From sequence record NC_049850.1: a stretch of 64,000 nucleotides of DNA. One strand, 5' to 3'. Shown one piece after another: positions 27,684 through 36,774 of this stretch. The notes below the pieces were generated by a model that saw only the letters and a program-made list of their open reading frames with translations, searched no databases and was not told where the DNA came from. The position numbers and the translations under genes are program-made. Each line of letters begins with the position of its first letter. The stretch's first letter is position 1.

Positions 27684-28499
27684 ATGTCGGATCAGGTGAA
27701 TGGTGAGTTGGGGGTTGGTGAGTTGGGTGATGAACGCAGTGAATCACTCAAGGGCGAGTTGGGGGCTGGTTGTGGTCTTTATGACTTTTTCGTCGCATTC
27801 AGCAACTGGCTGGAGCGCGGCGAGTCCCAGCAATCTCTCGAACACGGCCTCGGATTCTCGCGCTATTATGGCCTGTGTTCCAATCTCAACAAGTGGCTGC
27901 TTGATCGGGACCATCGACTTTTCGGGACCGACCAACACGGTCAACCGAGGGGCTGCTTATGGTACGCACGCGTCGACGAGTTTCAACGGGCACTCCAAGC
28001 GCTGTTTGCTGATCGCGGGCTGGATCGTGCGACACCGTTTGATGCTGACGAACTGGCGTACGAGCGCGCGGCGCAAGACCATACTCTATACGTCAATCAG
28101 GGACGCCTCTCGTTCATCCGCGAAGCATGTGCCGGACGCACGCTGACCACCAGCCAGATCGAGCGTGCTGTCGACGCGTTCTACATCGATATCGACAAGG
28201 CGGCTCCCCGGATCACGCGGCACACCAAGCGTGAGTTGTTCGAGCCCGTGTACGGCCTGTGCCAGAATTTCGTGTTCTGGCAGCGTGCGCAAGGCGTTGA
28301 GCGATCACGCGTGCGCACGTTCCTGAACCGGGAGCTTACTCGTGAGTTCACGGCCGCTGGTATGGATTCTCTGTACCCGTTCAACGCGGGCCGCGCAGAA
28401 AAGTACAACGCGGAAGAAAACACGTTCCTGAACCCGCGACGCCGCAAGTGGATTCGTGATCGCGCGGCCGTCGCCCTCGTACGTATGGGGGTCAAGTGA
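27684..28499 (+). CDS. Two-repeat protein (GLCxN...PFN...NxxR family)
   Basis: Two internal copies of GLC(S/Q)N...F...(T/Y)PF(D/N)...Y...NxxRxx(F/W)IR. Confidence 0.7.
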   Translation: MSDQVNGELGVGELGDERSESLKGELGAGCGLYDFFVAFSNWLERGESQQSLEHGLGFSRYYGLCSNLNKWLLDRDHRLFGTDQHGQPRGCLWYARVDEFQRALQALFADRGLDRATPFDADELAYERAAQDHTLYVNQGRLSFIREACAGRTLTTSQIERAVDAFYIDIDKAAPRITRHTKRELFEPVYGLCQNFVFWQRAQGVERSRVRTFLNRELTREFTAAGMDSLYPFNAGRAEKYNAEENTFLNPRRRKWIRDRAAVALVRMGVK

Positions 28500-29286
28500 G
28501 TTACCAGCTTTCGATGGATGATGTTCTGGGGCTGGGCCACGGCATGCACCACATGGAAACGCGTCGGGGCATGATGACGAAAGCAGAGCCTGAACCGACC
28601 CCGGCCACGCGTCCGAAGCGCGTGAACAAGGTGTTCAGGGATCGGACGATTCGTATCAGCGCCGTGGACATGGATAAGCTGGCATGGACCTATGCCGAGT
28701 ATCTGGAGTCCGACTGCCCCGATGCCGAGAAGGATGCGGCACTCGATATCGCGCACCTGATGCTCAAAGTGCTCGACCAGATTACGGACATCCGTAAGCA
28801 TCCGAAATACGTAGAAACCAGCGACGATTACGCGGAGGCCGAGGCCCAAGCCGAGCGCGAACGCAGAGCCCGGCGCGCTAAGCGTGGACAAAACACACAG
28901 GAGAAATGAGTATGGCAGAATGGAACAAGCACCACGGCCGCCCTCTCGACCGTAGCGCGTGGACGCCGGAAGAGCATTCGATCATGGATGCCCACGAAAT
29001 GAGCACGGCCCTCGAATATCTGGTTCGCTCAGCCTACAAGCTGGGCAAAATCGCGGAATCTGGCGTCGAGGTCCTGCCCATCGAGTTCCCGTTCGAGTAC
29101 TCGGGCTACCGACTGGCCGCCGCGCTGGTAATGAACCACGACGTGGACGCGTACTACCTCGAAACCGGGATAATTGACCCGCTGGTCGAGGCGCTTCAGC
29201 GCTACGAGGAAAGTGGTGGTGCAGCCCATATCGGGTACAAGACTGGGATCATGGGCAACGAGCTTGCACCCGCACCGTATCACTGA
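28496..29286 (+). CDS. Two hypothetical proteins (28496-28909, 28906-29286)
   Basis: Coupled ORFs. Confidence 0.7.
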
Positions 29287-29292
29287 TATAGT
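29264..29292 (+). promoter_or_regulatory. sigma70-type promoter
   Basis: TTGCAC-N17-TATAGT. Confidence 0.7.
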
Positions 29293-29325
29293 CGCATTAG
29301 CTCAACATGTAAATGGGAGGTAAAA

Positions 29326-30455
29326 GTGGAAGAACCGAAAGCAAAGTTTGTGGAATACCCGGAACTCGTGGGCACGGAGCGATTCGAGGCGTTTGTGGAC
29401 CAGACACTGGAAAAACACCTCGTCGAGTGGTTCGGTGAAACGGCGCTCAAAGAAGCCGAGGGCATGATCAATCAAACGCGCATCGCTAGTATGGCGCGTT
29501 CGCTGCTCAACAAGTTCCTGTCGTACGCGCGTGTTGAACAGGGTCCGCTCCTGAAGCCGGACACCGCCATCGACGCGGCACGCGCGTTCGCCAACGTCGA
29601 GTTGCGCGCCGACCGCAAGGAACTGACGGACTGGGAAACCGTGTTCGCGTCCCAACTCGCGCGCCTTCTGGTTCGGGGGCCGCAGTGATCATGGCATTCA
29701 TCAACTGGTACAAGAAACTGTCGGGCGGCCGTGCGAGCCCTATCGCGACCGTCGCAGAGGCAATCAAGCAGGCGGCCCCGGGCCCGGACTCCAAGTACCC
29801 GACCGATGTATTCAAGGGTGACCATAAGAAACTGGTGGAGGAAGCCTCCGCGTTTCTGCGCACCAACAAACCGGGTGCCGAGTTCTACATCAGGACGAGT
29901 TCTTGGGCCGAGGATGTGGTGAAGTACGTGCTGGTGGCCCTGAATCAGGCTGGTCTGTACCCGCTTTATGAGTGGCGGATGGTGGATGTGCTAAAGCGGG
30001 AACACCCGATGATCGGCGGCCGATCCAACGACTACATCCACGTGCTGACGGTGCGTGAGCCCGTACCCGCACTTACCGCGACTGACGCACGCGAGGGTGC
30101 GGACGACGCTCGCAAGGAACTGCATGCGCGGGCCGCACGCACGGCCGCCTCGGTGCTGACCGGGATCGATATCGCAGTCGACGCCGCACGTCGACGTGCA
30201 GACCTGCGTGCCAAGATCGAGCTTGCGTACGATTATCTGGACAACAAAGAGTACGAGAGTGAGCTTCTGCGGCTGCTTCGTAACGAATTGACGGCGCGCG
30301 GGTTCCAGTACGAAATCGATATCCAGCGTGTCAGGACCGGCATGTACGACCACTCGTGGCGCGTCTGCGGCACCCTCCACTGGGGCAGCGACGCACAGCC
30401 GGATTTGTTTGACGAGGTTCCGCAAAAGGTCGTGAAGGAAGGCCGTGATGGCTAA
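29326..30455 (+). CDS. Two hypothetical proteins (29326-29688, 29685-30455)
   Basis: GGAGG RBS; coupled. Confidence 0.7.
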
Positions 30456-30897
30456 GCCGTATTACCGGGTCAGCGCGGAAATCGCTGAGGTGCAGGTCCT
30501 GTCGATTCTGTCGAACGAGGTGCAAGTCGAGTACGACCGGCTCGTGGCCGAGGCCAACACCAAGTTCTACAAGGGCTGTACCACGGTCATTCGCTCGCAC
30601 ATGGTCCACCACATGCAGAACCTGCTGGACCGGTTCTATCACTCGGACACGATTGCGGGCTACGTGATCACGTGTGATGACGACACGAATCCGGGCGACG
30701 AGTTGCACGGGCTCAACATGCTGATCCAGATTCCGCCCGGAGGGCAGCGTGGCGACGGTATGGTGGAGCACGTGTTTCGAGGCCGTCGTTCGAATCCGGA
30801 AGCGTCCAAGGCGCTTACTAACGCAGTGGCCTACGCATCGACGGTTCCGTACGAAGGGCCGGTTTCGGATGCTGATCTTTACATGGAGGGTTTTTGA
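30448..30897 (+). CDS. Protein with tail-sheath C-terminal-like motif
   Basis: IRSHMVHHMQNLLDRFYHSDTIAGYVITCDDDTNP resembles T4 gp18 IYEYRVVCDTTNNTP. Confidence 0.45.
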   Translation: MAKPYYRVSAEIAEVQVLSILSNEVQVEYDRLVAEANTKFYKGCTTVIRSHMVHHMQNLLDRFYHSDTIAGYVITCDDDTNPGDELHGLNMLIQIPPGGQRGDGMVEHVFRGRRSNPEASKALTNAVAYASTVPYEGPVSDADLYMEGF

Positions 30898-31106
30898 TGA
30901 AAGACAAACGTTACGATGCGCGGCTCAAGGAGTACGTGGAGAGCCCGGCCCACGTCGAGGCTTTCCTCGACGAGTACGAGGCACTGTGCCAGAAATTTGG
31001 CCTGAGTCTCAGCCACGAGGATGCGCACGGTGGTTTCATCATCGAGGAATTTCACGAATACAACATGAAGTGGGTGCGCGAGGCGTCCATGCAGGTGGCT
31101 GAATAA
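30894..31106 (+). CDS. Hypothetical protein
   Basis: GGAGG RBS. Confidence 0.65.
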   Translation: MMKDKRYDARLKEYVESPAHVEAFLDEYEALCQKFGLSLSHEDAHGGFIIEEFHEYNMKWVREASMQVAE

Positions 31107-31285
31107 TGGATCGAAGTGACGAGTACTACGAGGGCTACGAAGCGTTCGCCTTGGGCATGACGGATGCAGATAATCCGTACGCCGCTGGCACCGACGAGGG
31201 CATGGACTGGTTCGACGGTCTGGCGGATGCCGAGAACGACCACTACAACCCGCCCGAAGAAGGTTCGGCAAAGGAGCGAGCATGA
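31106..31285 (+). CDS. Ribosome modulation factor (Rmf)-like protein 1 (59 aa, not in track)
   Basis: YYEGYEAFALGMTDADNPYAAGTDEGMDWFDGLADA. Confidence 0.55.
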   Translation: MDRSDEYYEGYEAFALGMTDADNPYAAGTDEGMDWFDGLADAENDHYNPPEEGSAKERA

Positions 31286-31491
31286 CCCTGATCGAACTGG
31301 CAAACAAAGTGAACCAGATGCTGGCAGACGGTGCGGACCCCAATCTCGTGGTCGGAGGCCCTGATCCGTGTGGTGATCTGCTGTGCGAGTTGCTGGATAT
31401 CGGACTCGCGCATGGTGCCAATGCCGTACGCCGTGGCAAACAGCAGTACGTCGAATTACTGGGAATCTGGTCGTTACCGGACCCGAACTAA
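31282..31491 (+). CDS. Hypothetical protein
   Basis: AAGGAG RBS; ATGA overlap. Confidence 0.6.
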   Translation: MTLIELANKVNQMLADGADPNLVVGGPDPCGDLLCELLDIGLAHGANAVRRGKQQYVELLGIWSLPDPN

Positions 31492-31501
31492 CGGAGGAAG
31501 G

Positions 31502-32353
31502 ATGTCGAAGAAGATGAAGAAAGACGCGCTGGGTGACCTGATGAAGGCGTACGAGGCGTTGGAGACGGAACGCAAGTTCATGCCCGGTGCCTATACGATG
31601 GCCCGGCTCGACGGCCGTGCGTTCCACACGTTCACGCGTGGTCTGGAGCGCCCGTACTCGACGCGGTTCTCGCGATGCATGGCCGAGACGGCTGCGGCGC
31701 TCGTGCAAGATTTCCACGCTGATCTCGCGTACACCCAGAGCGATGAAATCACTCTCGTGTGGGTGCCGCGTGCGCAGGAAGAAATGATCTTCGGTGGCCG
31801 CATTTTCAAACTGAAGTCGCTTCTGGCGTCGCGTGCTTCCATCGCGTTTCTGCGTGCCGTGGCTCGCGAGATTCCGGAGAAGGCACACCTGAACCCGATC
31901 TTCGATTGCCGTGCGTTTGCGATGCCCAACGAAGCAGCGGCGTTCCAAGCATTCCAATGGCGTGAAATCGATGCGACCCGCAACTCGCTGATCATGCTGA
32001 CGCAGGCGCACTACTCGCAAAAGGAAATGCACAAGAAGGGCGTGGCCGACCAGCACAACATGCTGCACGCCAAGGGCATCAACTGGAACGACGAGCCTGC
32101 GTTCTTCAAGCGCGGGACGTACCTGCGCCGCACCAGTTACCTGAAGGAATTGACGGGTGCCGAGTTGACGCGGATTCCGCTGCACAAGCGTCCGGAAGGC
32201 CCTGTGGTCCGAAGCGCTGTATTCCCGCTGGCTGTGCCACCGATCTACCAAATCGATGCGCTTGACTGGATCATCAACGCACCGGACCCGGACCTTACGC
32301 ACCCGTGGTTCCCGAACGAGGCGCTGCGCGAGTCATTGCGCGCGTGTGCATAA
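31502..32353 (+). CDS. Thg1-like tRNA(His) guanylyltransferase / 3'-5' polymerase
   Basis: MKAYE, ARLDGRAFHTFT, YTQSDEITL, FDCRAF, WREIDATRNS, HNML...GINWND, KRGTY. Confidence 0.92.
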   Translation: MSKKMKKDALGDLMKAYEALETERKFMPGAYTMARLDGRAFHTFTRGLERPYSTRFSRCMAETAAALVQDFHADLAYTQSDEITLVWVPRAQEEMIFGGRIFKLKSLLASRASIAFLRAVAREIPEKAHLNPIFDCRAFAMPNEAAAFQAFQWREIDATRNSLIMLTQAHYSQKEMHKKGVADQHNMLHAKGINWNDEPAFFKRGTYLRRTSYLKELTGAELTRIPLHKRPEGPVVRSAVFPLAVPPIYQIDALDWIINAPDPDLTHPWFPNEALRESLRACA

Positions 32354-32364
32354 TCGTGTAAAGT
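32336..32364 (+). promoter_or_regulatory. sigma70-type promoter
   Basis: TTGCGC-N17-TAAAGT. Confidence 0.6.
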
Positions 32365-32387
32365 TTGGCCTCTTTTACGGAGGTTGA

Positions 32388-32531
32388 ATGAAAAGCGACG
32401 AGTTTTACGCCGGTCGACTTGCAGGTCTGTGTCACCGCCTGCGAGTCAACCCGCATCAAACGAAGTTCAAACGCGCTGACTGGTTCGCCGGTTACGACGA
32501 GGCAAAGCGCATTCTCAAGGAGAAGCAATGA
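32388..32531 (+). CDS. Rmf-like protein 2 (47 aa, not in track)
   Basis: MKSDEFYAGRLAGLCHRLRVNPHQTKFKRADWFAGYDEAKRILKEKQ; GGAGG RBS. Confidence 0.65.
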   Translation: MKSDEFYAGRLAGLCHRLRVNPHQTKFKRADWFAGYDEAKRILKEKQ

Positions 32532-33209
32532 AGGTTCGCAAGATCGCGAAGCGGCCCCCGACGTACCTGCGTGTGGGCACCGTGAACATACCGACCGGAT
32601 TCTACGGTGTGACGCAGCGGAAAACTAAGAACGGGGTGAACATCCACCTGATCACGGAGCGGAAGGAATTCATCGACCTGTACGGTCAGCCGGATTTCGA
32701 TACCACGGTCACGGTCACGGATCGTGGAGTCGCGCTGCTGGCCAGCCTCGATTTCCCGAGAGTGGTGCCTTACGCACAGCGGGTGCGCACATGAAGCACA
32801 AAATCCGACACTTTGTGGGGACCGTGGAGCAGCCACCGATTGAGGTGGACACCTCGATCCTCAACGATTCCACATACCAGTGGGCCAAGACGCTGGTGCG
32901 CTGGTACGACGAGATCGGTCACTGGAACAACGATTCTGAAAACTCCAGCCTCTTCAACCTGCTGAAGCAGGAGATCAAGGAATACGAGGCTCGGCAATGA
33001 ACAGATACGACAGTTTCCCCGAAATCCACCACCACGACGCGGCGGACCTAGCACGCGATCTCGTGAAGTGGATCGAGGCATCGGGTCCCGAATTGGGCTC
33101 TCCCCTTCTGGACTTCTGCTACCGTCTGGAAGACGAGATCACGGCATTCCAAGACCGTATCATTGCGGCAGACCGCGAAGCGTATTATCAGCACTATACG
33201 CAGAAGTAG
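32528..33209 (+). CDS. Three small hypothetical proteins (32528-32794, 32791-33000, 32997-33209)
   Basis: ATGA overlaps. Confidence 0.7.
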
Positions 33210-33238
33210 TTGACAAGTCCCGTTCAGTTGAATAAACT
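33210..33238 (+). promoter_or_regulatory. sigma70-type promoter
   Basis: TTGACA-N17-TAAACT. Confidence 0.85.
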
Positions 33239-33268
33239 GGCGGGACTTTATCTTTTCTGGGGCGCAAA

Positions 33269-34111
33269 ATGCAGACCAAACAGATCAACAAGCTGGAAGT
33301 CCTGAAGAACGTCATCAAATGCGACTCGAACGCCGAGGGCTGGGTCGATGTCTACAAGATGGCGGAAAAGCTGGAACTCTACAGCTTCCACGGGGGCCCG
33401 GACGACGCGCAAACCCGTCTCCGTGTGTATGCGGTCACCGAATGGCGTTGCACCGACACGCACGTGGGTCTCAGCGCCATCTACTTCGACGGCAAGCTCG
33501 TTGGCTGTATCGAACAGTGGTCGCGTAAGGGTGACGTGAACTACTCGTGGGTGAGTACCGAGGCCGCGATGGCGGTCCGCAACTTTCTGGCCGAGGGCAT
33601 GGAATTCCAGTTCCCGACCATCGGAGCCGACGACACTGTGGATTCGCGCTATCGCGTGAACTACCGTGATCAGATTCTGTGCGTCAACGGTTGGTACGCC
33701 GATAAACCGGTCACCTACGTCAAGGAGCCGCGCGCTCGGGCAGACGGGAAGTATCTGGCGTTCGACGCCGATTACGACTGCGTTATCCTGATCGCGCACG
33801 AGGACGGCACCACCGAACGGATTCCGGTGTCCGAGTTCTACATGGACCTGCACGTTCCGAAGCACGTGGTCGACGATCTGTTGACAGACGCCGAATAAGC
33901 GCGTACGATACGCCCATCTGATCACGGGAGGCCCATCATGAAGTACTTCTGGATTGCGGTTGTCGCGTTTCTAGTCTGCGACGCCTACCTGTACACCGAG
34001 AACGGTGAGTCGTATTTCTGGGGCAACCAACACCGTATCGAACGCCTTTTCAAACACGTGGCTCTCAGCCTCGGCACCTACCACGCTCAGGAGGATCAAG
34101 AAGATGAATAA
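33269..34111 (+). CDS. Hypothetical protein (33269-33898) and small TM protein (33938-34111, not in track)
   Basis: Second ORF begins MKYFWIAVVAFLVC...; GGAGG RBS. Confidence 0.65.
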
Positions 34112-35138
34112 ATACGCAGCGGAGTTCTTCGGCAAGTTTCACTACGCGGTCACGGTCGGCTACGACAGGGCCGATGGTGGCCCGTTCCAGTTCAACGATG
34201 GCATTTGCGAGAACTTCAGCGTGTACCTGCGTCGCGTTGGCGTCCCGGGCATCATCAAGGATGCGTATATGCGCGCCCTCAAGGACGCCTTCCAGTTCAA
34301 CGGACAGGACCGCGTGTTCCCGTTCAATCCGGGACGCATGGCCGAGTACAGTGAGGAAGTGCTCACGAACAAGGTCTACAAGAACGAGGAACGTCTTGCG
34401 TTCCTGCGCAACATGGTCAACGACTACGATCTGGTCGAACATCGCGTGGTTCCCAACCTGCTTGATCATTACTTCCGCGAACTGGACACGTGGCTGGACG
34501 TTAGCGCCGAAGGGCAGCGTCGGTTCCGAAACTACACCGGCATCTGCACGAACGTCGAGCACTGGCTCCAGTCCCATGGCGTGGACGATTTCGCACTCAC
34601 CTGTAACATGCGAAACCAGTTGACCCAAGAGTTCCAGATCGCGCTGAGCGCTCGTGACGAAGGTGTGTACGATGGCTACCCGTTCAACGCCAACGTCGGC
34701 CACTACCTGAAGGAAGCTCAGGCGTGCACGATCTACGACAACGCAGAGCGCGTAGCCTACATCCGTCGCCGGGCTGCACGTGCCTATCTGAACACGAGCA
34801 CCATCGACGCGTTCCTGACGGAATTCCGTCAGTGGTTCACGAACGGGCGCGCTGCCGACAACACGTTCTCGTCTGCGGCTGCTGTCTGTTCGAACCTGAC
34901 GCGGTGGATGCGGAGCACCGGAGCCGACGACTTCGCGTGCACGTGGGCACAGAAGAACCTCATGGAAAAATTCGTGCGCATGGGGCTTCACGCGCGATTC
35001 CCGTTCAACGAGCGCGCGATGGAATACGCAGACGAGCGTGACGCCGGAACGTTTTACAAAAACCCCAAGCGCTGTGCTTGGATCGAAAAGATGGGAATCA
35101 TTTCACATGCAGAACTCTGCAAGCAGTTCGGGGAATAA
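34104..35138 (+). CDS. Three-repeat protein (GICxN...PFN...NxxR family)
   Basis: Three copies: GICEN/GICTN/AVCSN ... FPFN/YPFN/FPFN ... YKNEER/YDNAER/YKNPKR. Confidence 0.8.
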   Translation: MNKYAAEFFGKFHYAVTVGYDRADGGPFQFNDGICENFSVYLRRVGVPGIIKDAYMRALKDAFQFNGQDRVFPFNPGRMAEYSEEVLTNKVYKNEERLAFLRNMVNDYDLVEHRVVPNLLDHYFRELDTWLDVSAEGQRRFRNYTGICTNVEHWLQSHGVDDFALTCNMRNQLTQEFQIALSARDEGVYDGYPFNANVGHYLKEAQACTIYDNAERVAYIRRRAARAYLNTSTIDAFLTEFRQWFTNGRAADNTFSSAAAVCSNLTRWMRSTGADDFACTWAQKNLMEKFVRMGLHARFPFNERAMEYADERDAGTFYKNPKRCAWIEKMGIISHAELCKQFGE

Positions 35139-35274
35139 GCTTGACGACCCGAAGATCGAGATCGTACGCCAATGCATCGAGCGTGCGGTCGTCGAAGCCG
35201 CTGATGGCGGCGATCTGTGGCTCACGACTTTCTTGGCCGCCGAGAAAATCGTGGACATGGTAAAGAGTAGTTGA
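35107..35274 (+). CDS. Hypothetical protein
   Basis: Short ORF; start uncertain. Confidence 0.4.
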   Translation: MQNSASSSGNKLDDPKIEIVRQCIERAVVEAADGGDLWLTTFLAAEKIVDMVKSS

Positions 35275-35299
35275 CGTAACGTCGGGGGCACTATACAGT
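35271..35299 (+). promoter_or_regulatory. sigma70-type promoter
   Basis: TTGACG-N17-TACAGT. Confidence 0.7.
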
Positions 35300-35329
35300 G
35301 CCCCTTCCAACAAGTGACTGGAGGTGTTA

Positions 35330-35536
35330 ATGAACAACGTAGCGTCCCGCATTCTCGGCATCCTGAGCACCGAACTCGATCTCGAACCCGAGCACCTGAG
35401 CGTCGACCATTCGTTCCATTTTTCGGAATTCGAAACCGCATTGGACGACGAGTTCGATCTTCTGTCTGGTGCCGTCGTCTACGAATTCATGTCCGTGCGT
35501 GACATGGCATCGCGCATCGAGCGAGTTCTGGCGTGA
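35330..35536 (+). CDS. Acyl-carrier-protein-like protein lacking the DSL loop
   Basis: SRILGILSTELDLEPEHLSVDHSF / EFETALDDEFD / SVRDMASRI align to AcpP helices I, II and IV. Confidence 0.65.
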   Translation: MNNVASRILGILSTELDLEPEHLSVDHSFHFSEFETALDDEFDLLSGAVVYEFMSVRDMASRIERVLA

Positions 35537-35901
35537 CGCATTTCACCCTTCACCAACGCGAAATCGTTGAGCGTGTATTGTCCCGACTGGAACAGGCGGC
35601 AGAGGACCCGGTGGACGGTGCTCATCAGTACCTGTGCTTGCACATAGGCAGCATCGGGCGCATGCTCAGCCACTCCAAAACACGCTATTTCTTCCACAAC
35701 CTGTTCGGGCGCGACACCCCGTACACGAAGGCGGCGCAAGCCCTGATCGAGCAGATCGCACAAGCACTCGATGGCAAGCGCGGCAACACGCTTCAGGGCT
35801 GGGTCAGCGTGCGTACCGGCTACATTCCGAACGCCGATGTCATGAACGCGGCTCGTGATGCGTGGCTTCATCGCGCACTCGAAATCGGGTATTTCGGATG
35901 A
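35533..35901 (+). CDS. Array-family paralogue (outlier 1)
   Basis: QYLCLHI...QIAQALDG...TLQGWV...AARDAWLHRAL. Confidence 0.7.
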   Translation: MTHFTLHQREIVERVLSRLEQAAEDPVDGAHQYLCLHIGSIGRMLSHSKTRYFFHNLFGRDTPYTKAAQALIEQIAQALDGKRGNTLQGWVSVRTGYIPNADVMNAARDAWLHRALEIGYFG

Positions 35902-36302
35902 ATTCGTTGCTCAAAATGCTAAAGCGCGTATTTACGCGCGGTGCCGCTGTCAATGGGGTTGACACGCGGCTGAGTCCGAAACAGATGGAGATCATGGTGC
36001 TGGTATGCGCCGAGATCAATTATCGCAACCCCGAGCACCAGCAGTTTATCTGTAGCGCGGTAACGCGCGCTGCCGAAGACCTAGATGCCTGTACGTGGTT
36101 CGGGCTGTCTCGTAGCTACCGACGCGCCGCAATCGGCATCCAGTTCCTGATAGACAGGGCCCTCAACAGCGGTGCACTCGGTCGTTGGATTTTCTATGAC
36201 ATGGGCGCACGTGCTATCGACTCCAAGAACGTGACCGCCGCCGTCAACCAGTGTCGGGCCGGTTGGCTCGAAACCATAATCGCGCGAGGACGCATCGAAT
36301 GA
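35898..36302 (+). CDS. Array-family paralogue (outlier 2)
   Basis: QFICSAV...LIDRALNSGALGRWI...CRAGWLETII. Confidence 0.7.
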   Translation: MNSLLKMLKRVFTRGAAVNGVDTRLSPKQMEIMVLVCAEINYRNPEHQQFICSAVTRAAEDLDACTWFGLSRSYRRAAIGIQFLIDRALNSGALGRWIFYDMGARAIDSKNVTAAVNQCRAGWLETIIARGRIE

Positions 36303-36514
36303 AGAAATATGTGGGAATTGCACTGATCTTGGGACTGATGCTTGCCGCGCTTGCGGCTGTCGCAAACCCGACCTCAGTAGTGATCGAAACGCGGTTCGGC
36401 TACATCCGCATCTACGACGTGTTGACCCCGGCAGGTCACCAGTGTACGATTGCGTCCTCTGAAGCTGACTCCAACAGTGCGGGTCGCGCATTGGCCATGC
36501 AGTGCTACAAATAA
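36299..36514 (+). CDS. Small secreted/membrane protein
   Basis: Signal-peptide-like N-terminus MKKYVGIALILGLMLAALAAVA. Confidence 0.6.
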   Translation: MKKYVGIALILGLMLAALAAVANPTSVVIETRFGYIRIYDVLTPAGHQCTIASSEADSNSAGRALAMQCYK

Positions 36515-36522
36515 GGAGAATC

Positions 36523-36774
36523 ATGAAGAAGCTCGTTCTGGCGGTGGCGCTCGTCGCTGCCCTCACTGGGTGCACGCGCCCGGATCAAGCACGTCGGCTG
36601 CTGACCCAACAGGGCTACACGCAGATCGAAATCACGGGCTACGCACCGTTCGCGTGCTCGAAAGACGACACGTTCCACACGGAGTTCCGTGCTGTATCGG
36701 CAGCAGGCCATCAGGTACAAGGCGTTGTCTGTTCAGCCTTGCTCAAAGGCGCAACTATTCGGCTGGAGGATTAA
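36523..36774 (+). CDS. Phage lipoprotein
   Basis: Lipobox LTG-C; GYTQIEITGY..FACSKDD...F.A...V.GVVC pattern common in large phages. Confidence 0.75.
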   Translation: MKKLVLAVALVAALTGCTRPDQARRLLTQQGYTQIEITGYAPFACSKDDTFHTEFRAVSAAGHQVQGVVCSALLKGATIRLED

